IMG/VR virus record: IMGVR_UViG_3300020045_003166
Span: 13 to 64,012 of that record
Origin: a virus
Taxonomy: Duplodnaviria; Caudoviricetes
DNA length: 64,000 nucleotides
Reading direction: 5' to 3' (one strand)
Translations under genes and position numbers: made by a program
Part shown: positions 8,497 to 16,629 of the stretch, piece after piece
Layout of the letters: every line of letters begins with the position of its first letter
Position numbering within the stretch: the first letter of the stretch is position 1
Notes under the pieces: model-generated
Told to the model about the DNA's origin: nothing
Database searches by the model: none
What the model saw: the letters and a program-made list of their open reading frames with translations, nothing else

Positions 8497-9394
8497 TCCT
8501 TTCAACCGACCCACTATCTACGCTCCGTGCCTGAATGACATTCTGTACTGGGTAGCTGAGCGGGAACGTATCCGTGAGGCCAAACTGATGGATAGCGTGG
8601 AGCCATGGACTGAGGATCCCATTCTCCAGAAGTATCGCTTTTGTAACGTCCGTCGTCGTCACGACCGGATGAGTCAGTGGATGATTTATAACATGTTCGC
8701 TCCGTACAAGGCTGACGATGATAAAGACCTTTGGTTCGTGTCCGCTGTTGCTCGCTACGTGAACTGGCCGCCGAGCCTCTTGTCGCTCTTGATGAACGGA
8801 GCTATCCCGCTTAGCGCTGAGAAGTTCGACCCTTACGTCTTCGTGGCCGTGATGGACGACCTCAAGAAACAAGGGCTCAAGTGCTGGGGAAGTGCGTATA
8901 TGATTTATCCGTCTAGTACGAAGGGAGCTAACAAGGCCGAGACGGTAGCCTTCCGCTTCCTGCAACCCCTAGTGGATCACGCTGAGGAAGTCCGTAAAGC
9001 GGTAGCGAGCAATACCGTCGAGGGGGTAGTGACTGAACTGTCTAAGTTCTATGGCTGGAATACCTTCTTGTCTGGCCAGGTGGCGGCAGACCTGACGTAT
9101 TTTGCCGATGAACTCGGCATGGCGAAAGACCTGTATAATTGGGCGCCTATTGGGCCGGGTTCGCAGCGAGGATTGAATCGTCTGTTTGGGTATCCATTAG
9201 CACACGCTTGGAAACAAGACGACTTCAACAAAGCGTTGATGGTAATCTGGCAGGATATTGCTGAGCAGTTAGACCTTGAAGACATCACGTTACATGACGT
9301 CCAAAACGTGATGTGCGAAATGGACAAGTACTGGAGAGTGCTCGCGGGTGAAGGTGCTCCCCGTTCGATTTACGTGCCGGAAACGGCTTACTAG
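8489..9394 (+). CDS. 5-hmdU DNA kinase helical-domain / aGPT-Pplase1-like protein
   Basis: ERERIR...PWTEDPILQKYRFCNVRRRHDR, GQVAADL, GPGSQRGLNRL, DVQNVMCEMDKY; GTG start overlapping the kinase stop. Confidence 0.8.
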   Translation: MINPFNRPTIYAPCLNDILYWVAERERIREAKLMDSVEPWTEDPILQKYRFCNVRRRHDRMSQWMIYNMFAPYKADDDKDLWFVSAVARYVNWPPSLLSLLMNGAIPLSAEKFDPYVFVAVMDDLKKQGLKCWGSAYMIYPSSTKGANKAETVAFRFLQPLVDHAEEVRKAVASNTVEGVVTELSKFYGWNTFLSGQVAADLTYFADELGMAKDLYNWAPIGPGSQRGLNRLFGYPLAHAWKQDDFNKALMVIWQDIAEQLDLEDITLHDVQNVMCEMDKYWRVLAGEGAPRSIYVPETAY

Positions 9395-9403
9395 GAGAAT
9401 AAC

Positions 9404-10387
9404 ATGGAAATCAGGACAAGAAATGTCAATACCGCTCTCAGCGACGCCCTCTGGCGTCTCAAGGTCTGCGGAGTCGGCGAGCAAACTCGCAACGGACCGG
9501 TCATCGCCTTCCCCGAGCCGATTATGACTATCTACGAAAGGCCTCAGGAGCGAGTATTGTTCTGGGGAGAGCGCGACGCCAACCCGATCTTCCACTTGAT
9601 GGAATCGATTTGGATGCTGGCCGGACGCCGAGACGTCAAGTTCCTGGAACAGTTCAATTCCAAGATCGGTCAGTATTCCGATGATGGCGAAGTGTTCAAT
9701 GCGGCCTATGGCTATCGCTGGCGTACTCATTTTGGGTATGACCAGCTGAAACTGATCATTGATATACTGAGAGCCGACCCCAACACTCGTCAGGCGGTGA
9801 TGCAGATCTGGGAACCGGATGACCTGTTCAAATTCACTAAGGACAAGGCTTGTAACACTCAGGTCTTCTTCGAGATTCGTCAGGGATATCTCAACATGAC
9901 CGTGATCAATCGCTCGAATGACATGTGGTACGGGTGTTACGGAGCAAACGCGGTACACTTCAGTATGCTGATGGAGTTCGTCGCCCACGCCGTCGGTGTA
10001 CCGATGGGAGAGTACCGTCAGTTCAGTAACAACCTCCACCTCTACACCGAGTTGTATGATGCGGTAAAACACCTTGACTGTCCTCCCGAGCCATATGACT
10101 ATGACGCCTATCAACATGGCGTGCGCCCCTCGCCGATACTCAATATCGGCGATGATTGGCGTTCCTGGCTAGAAGACGCCGAGGCTTTTTGCGACGACCC
10201 ATTTAGAACTAAAGACTTTACGCACCCATTTTTCTTAGACGTAGCATGGCCGATGGCAATGGTCTCTAAGGTGCGTAAGGACAAGACGGGAACCGGGATA
10301 GACTGGGCGCACTCCATCGTCGCTGAAGATTGGAAAATAGCCGTTGGTGACTGGATTGAACGGCGTGAATTAGCTAAGCAAAAATAA
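9404..10387 (+). CDS. Thymidylate-synthase-fold dUMP hydroxymethylase
   Basis: TRQAV, catalytic KACN, RSNDMWYGCYGANAVHFS (Asn suggests dUMP substrate), NNLHLY; no DHFR gene seen. Confidence 0.8.
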   Translation: MEIRTRNVNTALSDALWRLKVCGVGEQTRNGPVIAFPEPIMTIYERPQERVLFWGERDANPIFHLMESIWMLAGRRDVKFLEQFNSKIGQYSDDGEVFNAAYGYRWRTHFGYDQLKLIIDILRADPNTRQAVMQIWEPDDLFKFTKDKACNTQVFFEIRQGYLNMTVINRSNDMWYGCYGANAVHFSMLMEFVAHAVGVPMGEYRQFSNNLHLYTELYDAVKHLDCPPEPYDYDAYQHGVRPSPILNIGDDWRSWLEDAEAFCDDPFRTKDFTHPFFLDVAWPMAMVSKVRKDKTGTGIDWAHSIVAEDWKIAVGDWIERRELAKQK

Positions 10388-10390
10388 CGC

Positions 10391-10424
10391 TTGCCCCCAT
10401 TACGGACTTGAGCTATAATGGGGG
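10391..10424 (+). promoter_or_regulatory. Promoter TTGCCC-N17-TATAAT with CCCCC/GGGGG boxes
   Basis: -35 10391-10396, -10 10414-10419, GGGGG 10420-10424. Confidence 0.75.
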
Positions 10425-10454
10425 TACTTACTAACCGATAACAGGAGAAATAAA

Positions 10455-11066
10455 ATGAGTAAAAAATACGAATTCACCGGCGAGACGAAAATCCACTTCG
10501 GCGTGACGCTTCGCCGGATTCGCGCACTTGTGACGATTATCGGCGTCGTTTCGTCCGGTGATGCTGGCGGGTGGATCGAGTCAGAAAAATGCCTTGATCA
10601 CAATGGTAATGCGTGGGTCTCTGGTAATGCGTGGGTCTATGACGATGCGTGGGTCTCTGGTAATGCGCGGGTCTATGGTAATGCGCGGGTCTATGGTAAT
10701 GCGCGGGTCTATGGTAATGCGTGGGTCTATGACGATGCGTGGGTCTCTGGTAATGCGCGGGTCTATGGTAATGCGTGGGTCTATGGCGATGCGCAGGTCT
10801 ATGGTAATGCGCAGGTCTATGGCGATGCGCAGGTCGAGTCAAAAGAGTCTATCTGCTCGTTCTCCGGGTTCGGTTCTGAATTCCGCACGACCACTGCATT
10901 TATCGATAAAGAGCTTGGCATTCGAATCGTATGCGGATGCTTCACCGGAACGCTTTACCAGTTCCGCGAGAAGGTTATTCAGACGCACGGAGAAGATAGC
11001 AAGAACGGGAAGTTGTATCTCGGCATGGCGAACATGATTGAATACAGGCTTGGGAGCGAGAAATGA
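10455..11066 (+). CDS. Hexapeptide-repeat (left-handed beta-helix-like) phage protein
   Basis: KKYEFTGETK...RIRAL N-terminus, 13 x G(N/D)A(W/R/Q)V(S/Y), C-terminal TTAF...CGCFTGT. Confidence 0.85.
   Translation: MSKKYEFTGETKIHFGVTLRRIRALVTIIGVVSSGDAGGWIESEKCLDHNGNAWVSGNAWVYDDAWVSGNARVYGNARVYGNARVYGNAWVYDDAWVSGNARVYGNAWVYGDAQVYGNAQVYGDAQVESKESICSFSGFGSEFRTTTAFIDKELGIRIVCGCFTGTLYQFREKVIQTHGEDSKNGKLYLGMANMIEYRLGSEK
10605..10838 (+). repeat. 13 x 18-bp tandem repeat (consensus ggtaatgcgcgggtctat)
   Basis: Read directly; encodes the hexapeptide repeat. Confidence 0.95.
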
Positions 11067-11317
11067 TCAGTCGCTTAGATCAGCTCGAACGCCGAGTCCT
11101 CATGATGGAATTAGCCTTGCGAAATCACGGGGTTACGATTGATGAATATCCCAGACCACAGGCTGAAGAAACCTATGAACCCAAATTTGCTCCAGCACAA
11201 CTCCGCGCATTAGGGCAACCTTACTGTCCCAAGTGTTACACGTTTGGTAATGAACATCGCAATACGTGTCCTTACTCGGACCAAGGTATGACAAATCATG
11301 TAAGGATTACCAAATGA
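11063..11317 (+). CDS. Hypothetical protein with CxxC
   Basis: ATGA overlap; CPKC...C. Confidence 0.6.
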   Translation: MISRLDQLERRVLMMELALRNHGVTIDEYPRPQAEETYEPKFAPAQLRALGQPYCPKCYTFGNEHRNTCPYSDQGMTNHVRITK

Positions 11318-11814
11318 AAGACCGTCTAAACTTCATCATCTCTGGTAGCGAAGTCGTCCGCTATCACACCGTTCGTACGCTGACCTCCGAAACCGTTGGG
11401 CATCATTCCCACATGGTGGCAATGCTCTGTATCATTCTCCATCCGGAGGGTTGTCCAAGCCCTAACCTGTTGTGGGGAGCCTTGGCGCATGACCTGGCAG
11501 AACACCAAACTGGGGACATCCCCTCCCCGGCCAAACGGGAGTACGGGATTGGCGACCAGGTGTCGGAACTGGAGGAAAGACTCTTGAGAAGTGTGAATTT
11601 AGACGTAAATCTGTCTAAACTAGAAGCTCGTATCCTGAAATTAGCTGACTTGGCCCAGGGTGCGCTGTTTTGCGTACGAGAACTTCAGCTGGGTAACACT
11701 TTGATGAAAATCGTGTACGAGCGTTACAAGTCCTACGCCGAAGGTATGGTCTTAGTCGGCAAAGAGCGTGAGCTGTTCAATGTAATTCAACAGATGAGAG
11801 AGGAAATCAAATGA
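11314..11814 (+). CDS. HD-domain phosphohydrolase (YfbR/5'-deoxynucleotidase-like)
   Basis: VVRYH...ETVGHHS...ALAHDLAEHQTGDIPSPAK...LKLAD. Confidence 0.85.
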   Translation: MKDRLNFIISGSEVVRYHTVRTLTSETVGHHSHMVAMLCIILHPEGCPSPNLLWGALAHDLAEHQTGDIPSPAKREYGIGDQVSELEERLLRSVNLDVNLSKLEARILKLADLAQGALFCVRELQLGNTLMKIVYERYKSYAEGMVLVGKERELFNVIQQMREEIK

Positions 11815-12209
11815 GCGCGGATAAAAAACAAATCGGTGGCGAGCACTACAAGAAACACGGTGAGCGTATTCAACACTGGAATGTCGTGGCTGAAATGGGC
11901 TGGGACTATTTCATCGGCAACGCGACCAAGTACCTCTGGCGTCTTGGCGAAAAAGGCGGTCCGGACAAAGCGGTCGAAGACATCAGCAAGGCGATTCACT
12001 ACTTGGAAAAGAAGCGTGAGCTGATGATGGGGGAACTTCATAAGTCAAATCAGTATGTTCCAAAAACGAACCCTGAGATCAACGCTCTCAAACGCGCAGA
12101 ACAGGATGTCACCCGAGCCTATAATCCTATGATACCTACGGAGTTCCTCAAAGTCAGCGACGTCACTGGTCCAGGACCTGGACCTGGATACGTTAATCAG
12201 GATCGATAA
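11811..12209 (+). CDS. DUF3310-like protein
   Basis: QIGGEHY...GNATKYLWRLGEKG...EDISKAIHYLE. Confidence 0.8.
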   Translation: MSADKKQIGGEHYKKHGERIQHWNVVAEMGWDYFIGNATKYLWRLGEKGGPDKAVEDISKAIHYLEKKRELMMGELHKSNQYVPKTNPEINALKRAEQDVTRAYNPMIPTEFLKVSDVTGPGPGPGYVNQDR

Positions 12210-12216
12210 TCATGGA

Positions 12217-12465
12217 ATGGACTCAGTTAGATACAATCATGTGTATGCTCGCGTTTATCATCGGCTTTCTACTGGTGAAATGATGACAACTCTACTCTTT
12301 ATTTGGGTGGTGTCGGCTGCTATTCCGGGTGTCAAATATAGTCACTGGGAAATGAGTGGTGTGCTTTACACTGAAGCCGCTTGCGCCAATGCCGCTAAAT
12401 CACTTAGTTTAGACGCTAGAGAGTTTCGTTGTGTTGTACAGGCTACAGGAGAGCTAGTAAAGTGA
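12217..12465 (+). CDS. Small hypothetical protein with hydrophobic segment (start may be 12280)
   Basis: MMTTLLFIWVVSAAIPG...CANAAK...C. Confidence 0.5.
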   Translation: MDSVRYNHVYARVYHRLSTGEMMTTLLFIWVVSAAIPGVKYSHWEMSGVLYTEAACANAAKSLSLDAREFRCVVQATGELVK

Positions 12466-14378
12466 GCAAGACTATCGTATGGGATATAGAAATATTTGCT
12501 AATGTTCTACTTTTCTGCGGACGCGTGTTGGAGAACCGTAATGTCATCGCTATTTGGCACGACGATCCGGACGCCCTGGCGAACATCCGAGCGGTGTTCG
12601 ACTCAGGCTGTACGATGGTGTCATTCAACGGTATCAAGTTCGACACGCCGGTGACGTCTGCGCTACTCGCGGGTAAAGACATCTCTACGGTCAAAATGAT
12701 AGCCAACTCTATCATCGAACACCAGATGCAACCGTGGGAGGCTCAGCGTCGGTTCGGCATTCCCGACTTGAAGTTCGACCATATTGACTTGATAGAAGTC
12801 GCACCGAGTTTCGTAGGTCTAAAAGCCTACGGTGCGCGGATGCATATGCGATGGCTGAAAGACCTGCCGTTCGAACATGACGCCGTGATTACTCCCGAGC
12901 AGCGTCCGTTCGTTCAGGAGTACTGCATCAATGACCTGGACACAACCGAGGAGTTGTACCGACGGCTAGAGTTTCAGCTAAACCTACGCCGGCAAATGGG
13001 AGTGGAGTACAAGTGCGACTTCCGTAGCAAGTCTGATACGCAGATGGCTGAAGCCGCTTTCATCAAGAGGCTCAACCTACCTCGCAATAACAAACGGTTG
13101 CCGAAGTCGATCGTCTATGACGCGCCACCGTATATTCAATTCGAAGACCCTACTATTCAAGGTATCTTTGACCGGGTAAAAGAAACCGTGTTCCCTATTA
13201 ATCAGAAGACTGGTCACGTAGAACTGCCGGACTTCTTGGGTAAGGAACAGATTAAACTCAACTCGGGTACTTATCAGCTCGGAGTCGGCGGTATTCATTC
13301 TACTCACGACAAGAAAGTCTGTTACGTCGCAACTAAAGACTACGTCGTCACTGATATTGACGCCGCTTCTTTCTATCCATCGATTTGGGTACTCTGGGGT
13401 GAGGTGTCTGGAGACTACAATGAAGCTCTGACTGAAGAGTACAGCAAGATCTACTATCGACGCTTAAAAGCGAAGGCCGACGGGGATAAGGACACCGCCG
13501 AAGGTCTGAAGGTTCCTATCAATGGGTCTTTCGGAAAGCTATTATCTCATTACTCACCGATGTACGGACCAACCCTCGGACTGTTCATTACTTTAACCGG
13601 ACAGTTCACCCTGCTAATGCTCATCGCATGGCTCGAGAAAGTGGGTGCAGTGGCGCTCTCTGCCAATACCGACGGTATCGCTATGGGTTACCCTGCCGAG
13701 CTAAAAGAAACCGTAGAACGTGTCGTCTCGGACTTCGAGAAGCTCACTAAGTTTAGTTTTGAGTACACCCCGTATCGCGTATTAGCGATGAAAGACGTGA
13801 ACAATTACATCGCGGTTAAGACCGACCGTAAAGTGAAAGCGAAAGGTATTTATGCGCCTCTTGATCTCAAGAAGAACCCGACAGCCTCGGTTTGCGCAAA
13901 TGCAGTCTGCGAATGGCTTGCGAAAGGAACTCCGTTCATTGATACTATCAAATCGGCTCCTTTTACGGACTTCATCTCGGCACGTTCAGTCACCGGAGGA
14001 GGTGTTCAAGGAACTAAACTGATTACCTTGAAAGACTTGGCAAAAGATCCGTTGGATTCCTACAACTCAGTTGTCGGTACTGAAGGTGGCGAGTATCTGG
14101 GAAAGGTCGTGCGTTGGTATCAATCCACGGACGAACAGATGGAATGTATTCGTTATCAGACTAACGGTAACAAGGTGCCGAAGACCGACGGAGCCAGGGC
14201 TTGTATGATCATTGAAAATAAAGTTGCCCATCCGTCGGATTTAAACTATAATACTTACCTCAAGGAAGCCATATCAATAGCTATTAACGTGGGTTGTAAG
14301 GATTTCCTAACGGACGAACAGATAGCGCTGGTGACGCCTCCACCTAAAGTCAAGAAACCCAGAAAGGTAAAATCATGA
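12462..14378 (+). CDS. DNA polymerase, family B-like, with 3'-5' exonuclease
   Basis: Exo WDIEIF, SFNGIKFD, YCINDL; pol DIDAASFYPS, KVPINGSFGK, NTDG; GTG start. Confidence 0.9.
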   Translation: MSKTIVWDIEIFANVLLFCGRVLENRNVIAIWHDDPDALANIRAVFDSGCTMVSFNGIKFDTPVTSALLAGKDISTVKMIANSIIEHQMQPWEAQRRFGIPDLKFDHIDLIEVAPSFVGLKAYGARMHMRWLKDLPFEHDAVITPEQRPFVQEYCINDLDTTEELYRRLEFQLNLRRQMGVEYKCDFRSKSDTQMAEAAFIKRLNLPRNNKRLPKSIVYDAPPYIQFEDPTIQGIFDRVKETVFPINQKTGHVELPDFLGKEQIKLNSGTYQLGVGGIHSTHDKKVCYVATKDYVVTDIDAASFYPSIWVLWGEVSGDYNEALTEEYSKIYYRRLKAKADGDKDTAEGLKVPINGSFGKLLSHYSPMYGPTLGLFITLTGQFTLLMLIAWLEKVGAVALSANTDGIAMGYPAELKETVERVVSDFEKLTKFSFEYTPYRVLAMKDVNNYIAVKTDRKVKAKGIYAPLDLKKNPTASVCANAVCEWLAKGTPFIDTIKSAPFTDFISARSVTGGGVQGTKLITLKDLAKDPLDSYNSVVGTEGGEYLGKVVRWYQSTDEQMECIRYQTNGNKVPKTDGARACMIIENKVAHPSDLNYNTYLKEAISIAINVGCKDFLTDEQIALVTPPPKVKKPRKVKS

Positions 14379-14710
14379 ATATCAATAATGCAACCGTCTA
14401 CGTGGTATACAATGATTCACGCAAGAACATGACGGCTGCCGAGAAGTTCGGTAAGCTGAAAGACGTCTACTCTTCCGTGGGTCGCGTCTACAACGGCGAC
14501 AAGCTGATTGAACACGCTCGCCGAGTGCTGGACAACTGGCAACCTGGCGACTACCTCCTCTTGGTGGGCGACCCGACGCTGTGTGGGATTTGCATGGCAG
14601 TGGCTCTTGAATCCGAAGAAGAGATCAACGTACTCCGTTGGGACCGCGTAAATTTCGACTACGTCCCCTTGAAACTTAATTTTGCGTATCAGGAGGCACT
14701 TAACGTGTAA
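14375..14710 (+). CDS. Hypothetical phage protein adjacent to polymerase
   Basis: ATGA overlap; DYLLLVGDP motif. Confidence 0.75.
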   Translation: MNINNATVYVVYNDSRKNMTAAEKFGKLKDVYSSVGRVYNGDKLIEHARRVLDNWQPGDYLLLVGDPTLCGICMAVALESEEEINVLRWDRVNFDYVPLKLNFAYQEALNV

Positions 14711-14712
14711 TT

Positions 14713-14748
14713 GAGGTATAATTATTTTCGTACCAAATCGATTGGTAC
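14713..14748 (+). promoter_or_regulatory. GAGGTATAAT -10-like box followed by a 7-bp inverted repeat GTACCAA-N5-TTGGTAC
   Basis: Box 14713-14722; palindrome 14730-14748; upstream of AAA ATPase. Confidence 0.5.
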
Positions 14749-14768
14749 ATAACTATAGGAGTCATAAC

Positions 14769-15506
14769 ATGAGTTGGAAAGAATCCCTAGTTGTGGGTAA
14801 GCAAGAGTTGCCGCCACGCATTTGCATTTATGGCACTTACGGTATCGGTAAGAGCACGATCGCCAGCCTGTTCCCGAACCCGATCTTCATCTCCACCGAA
14901 GACGGTATCGACGGTCTGGACGTGACGAGCTTCCCCAAGGCGAAACACGTTACCGACGTCGCGAACAGTATCAAGACCTTGATCAAGGAAGAGCACGGTT
15001 TCAAGACGGTCGTGGTCGATACGGTTGATTGGCTGGTCGAGCCTCTTGTGGTGGAAGACGTCGAAGCCACTCACGACGAGAAAGAGCTGGCCTACGGTAA
15101 AGGGCAGATGCTCGTGGCCGAGAGCTTCCGTGAGATCCTTCAGGGTCTGGACATCCTGCGTCGTAAGCGTGACATGAACGTGTTACTCATCGCTCATGCC
15201 TGTATCGTCAAGTTCGCGTCGCCGATGACGGAGTCGTACGACCGCTATCAGCCGAAACTGCCTAACCGCTGCAACGCGCTGTTGCAAGAGTGGGTAGACG
15301 TCCTGGGTTTCGCCGCCTTCAAAGTCATCATCAAGAAGGAAGATGCTGGCTTCAACAAGAAGCTGGCGAAGGGTGTGGGCACGGGCGAACGGCTGCTTCA
15401 CCTGATTGAAAACCCGGCCTTCGTGGCTAAGAATCGGTACTCGTGCCCGGACAATATCGAGCTCACGTTTGCTGAAATCATCAAACACATTCCCGTAAAG
15501 AACTAG
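14769..15506 (+). CDS. AAA_24 / Sak4-like ATPase (recombination)
   Basis: IYGTYGIGKST, TVVVDTVD, YGKG, LIAH, RYQPKL, AKNR. Confidence 0.85.
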   Translation: MSWKESLVVGKQELPPRICIYGTYGIGKSTIASLFPNPIFISTEDGIDGLDVTSFPKAKHVTDVANSIKTLIKEEHGFKTVVVDTVDWLVEPLVVEDVEATHDEKELAYGKGQMLVAESFREILQGLDILRRKRDMNVLLIAHACIVKFASPMTESYDRYQPKLPNRCNALLQEWVDVLGFAAFKVIIKKEDAGFNKKLAKGVGTGERLLHLIENPAFVAKNRYSCPDNIELTFAEIIKHIPVKN

Positions 15507-15516
15507 GAGAAATATC

Positions 15517-16074
15517 ATGGCAAAATTTGGATTTGACACTCAAGATTATGATCCGCAAGACCGCGACTTCGAAGTCCTCCCGAAGGGTGAGTACACGCTG
15601 AAAGGTACCGAAGCCGAAGAGAAGGCGACCAGCAAGAATGACGGCAGCTATATCGCAGGCGTCTTCGAAGTGGTCAAGGGTGAGCACGCCGGTCGCAAGG
15701 TCTGGATGAACTTCAACATCAACAATCCGAGCGACAAGGCTGAGAAAATCGGTCGTGAGCAGATCGTCGGCTGGGCGCGTGCGTGCGGTAAGCCGAACGC
15801 CCAGGACACGGACGAACTGTTGGAGCGTAACTTCCAGGCCAAACTCGACATCGAGAAGGGTACGGGAGGCTACTCGGACAAGAACAAGATCAGCGCGTTC
15901 CTGATGCCAGAAAAGAATGCCGCTCCCGCGCCAAAGGCTGAGCAAAAGAAGGCTCCTCCGAAGGCCGAACCTGCGGAAGAGGAAGCTGAAGAGACCAAAC
16001 CTGTGCCGGAAAAGAAGAAAGAGGCTCCCAAGACTGCTCCGGCGGGTAAGAAGCCAAATCCATGGGATGATTGA
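15517..16074 (+). CDS. DUF669-like ssDNA-binding protein
   Basis: LPKGEY, GRKVWMNFNINN, CGK, acidic/aromatic tail KPNPWDD. Confidence 0.8.
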   Translation: MAKFGFDTQDYDPQDRDFEVLPKGEYTLKGTEAEEKATSKNDGSYIAGVFEVVKGEHAGRKVWMNFNINNPSDKAEKIGREQIVGWARACGKPNAQDTDELLERNFQAKLDIEKGTGGYSDKNKISAFLMPEKNAAPAPKAEQKKAPPKAEPAEEEAEETKPVPEKKKEAPKTAPAGKKPNPWDD

Positions 16075-16398
16075 TTTGGTTAGGGTTGGCGGCTCAGCTG
16101 AAAACTGAGTAAAAGCGTTCCCCGGTGCCGCGCCAACGCCGGGACTTACACAGAAACCCTTCTGAATAGGGAACTAACTGGAAAGCTCTGTAATTGCGGG
16201 AGTAAGGAAGCTCGGAGCCGTAAGGGAGGGTTTCTGTGTGAGTGCAGGACGTAGTGTTAAGTCGCAGCACGTCGTTTCGGAGGTCGCGCACCGAGCACTC
16301 ACTTAGTTCCGCCACCCTCGCCTGACTTTATGAAAGGAACTCGCGGCGGGAAACTGCGATGAGGGTGGCACCTAACGCACTAACTGATAGGAGATAAC
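16075..16398 (+). ncRNA. Candidate structured non-coding RNA of unknown class (strand inferred from surrounding operon)
   Basis: 17-bp helix 16144-16160/16227-16243 plus several 6-10 bp helices; no credible ORF. Confidence 0.6.
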
Positions 16399-16629
16399 AT
16401 GAGTATTAGAGAAAAGCTATTTGGTCGCCCCGAGCGAGATGCTCTGATAAGAGTGATACGTGAGCAAGAGGAACGTATTGAATCTCTACGGGGTAACCTG
16501 ACAGGGATGAATAATGCGGCTGAGACCTGGGAAAAGCGTTACTTTGAACAGCGACGTCAATATGATGAGCTAGTATTCTCGCAAAGAAAACTCATTCACG
16601 AAGGTTTGCGCGACATGGGAGTAAAGTGA
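16399..16629 (+). CDS. Hypothetical coiled-coil protein
   Basis: AGGAG RBS. Confidence 0.7.
   Translation: MSIREKLFGRPERDALIRVIREQEERIESLRGNLTGMNNAAETWEKRYFEQRRQYDELVFSQRKLIHEGLRDMGVK

Noticed and set aside
9290-10117. 275-aa - strand ORF
   Set aside because: It is antisense to the TS-fold gene and explained by that gene's codon bias
10605-10838. Possible CRISPR array
   Set aside because: The repeats are contiguous with no unique spacers and are in-frame coding
10537-11037. Repeat-rich alternative-frame ORFs (HRPAHY..., MVMRGS...)
   Set aside because: They are by-products of the 18-bp tandem repeat
16094-16315. 73-aa - strand ORF in the structured region
   Set aside because: It is opposite to the operon direction with no convincing RBS; the region is better explained by RNA structure
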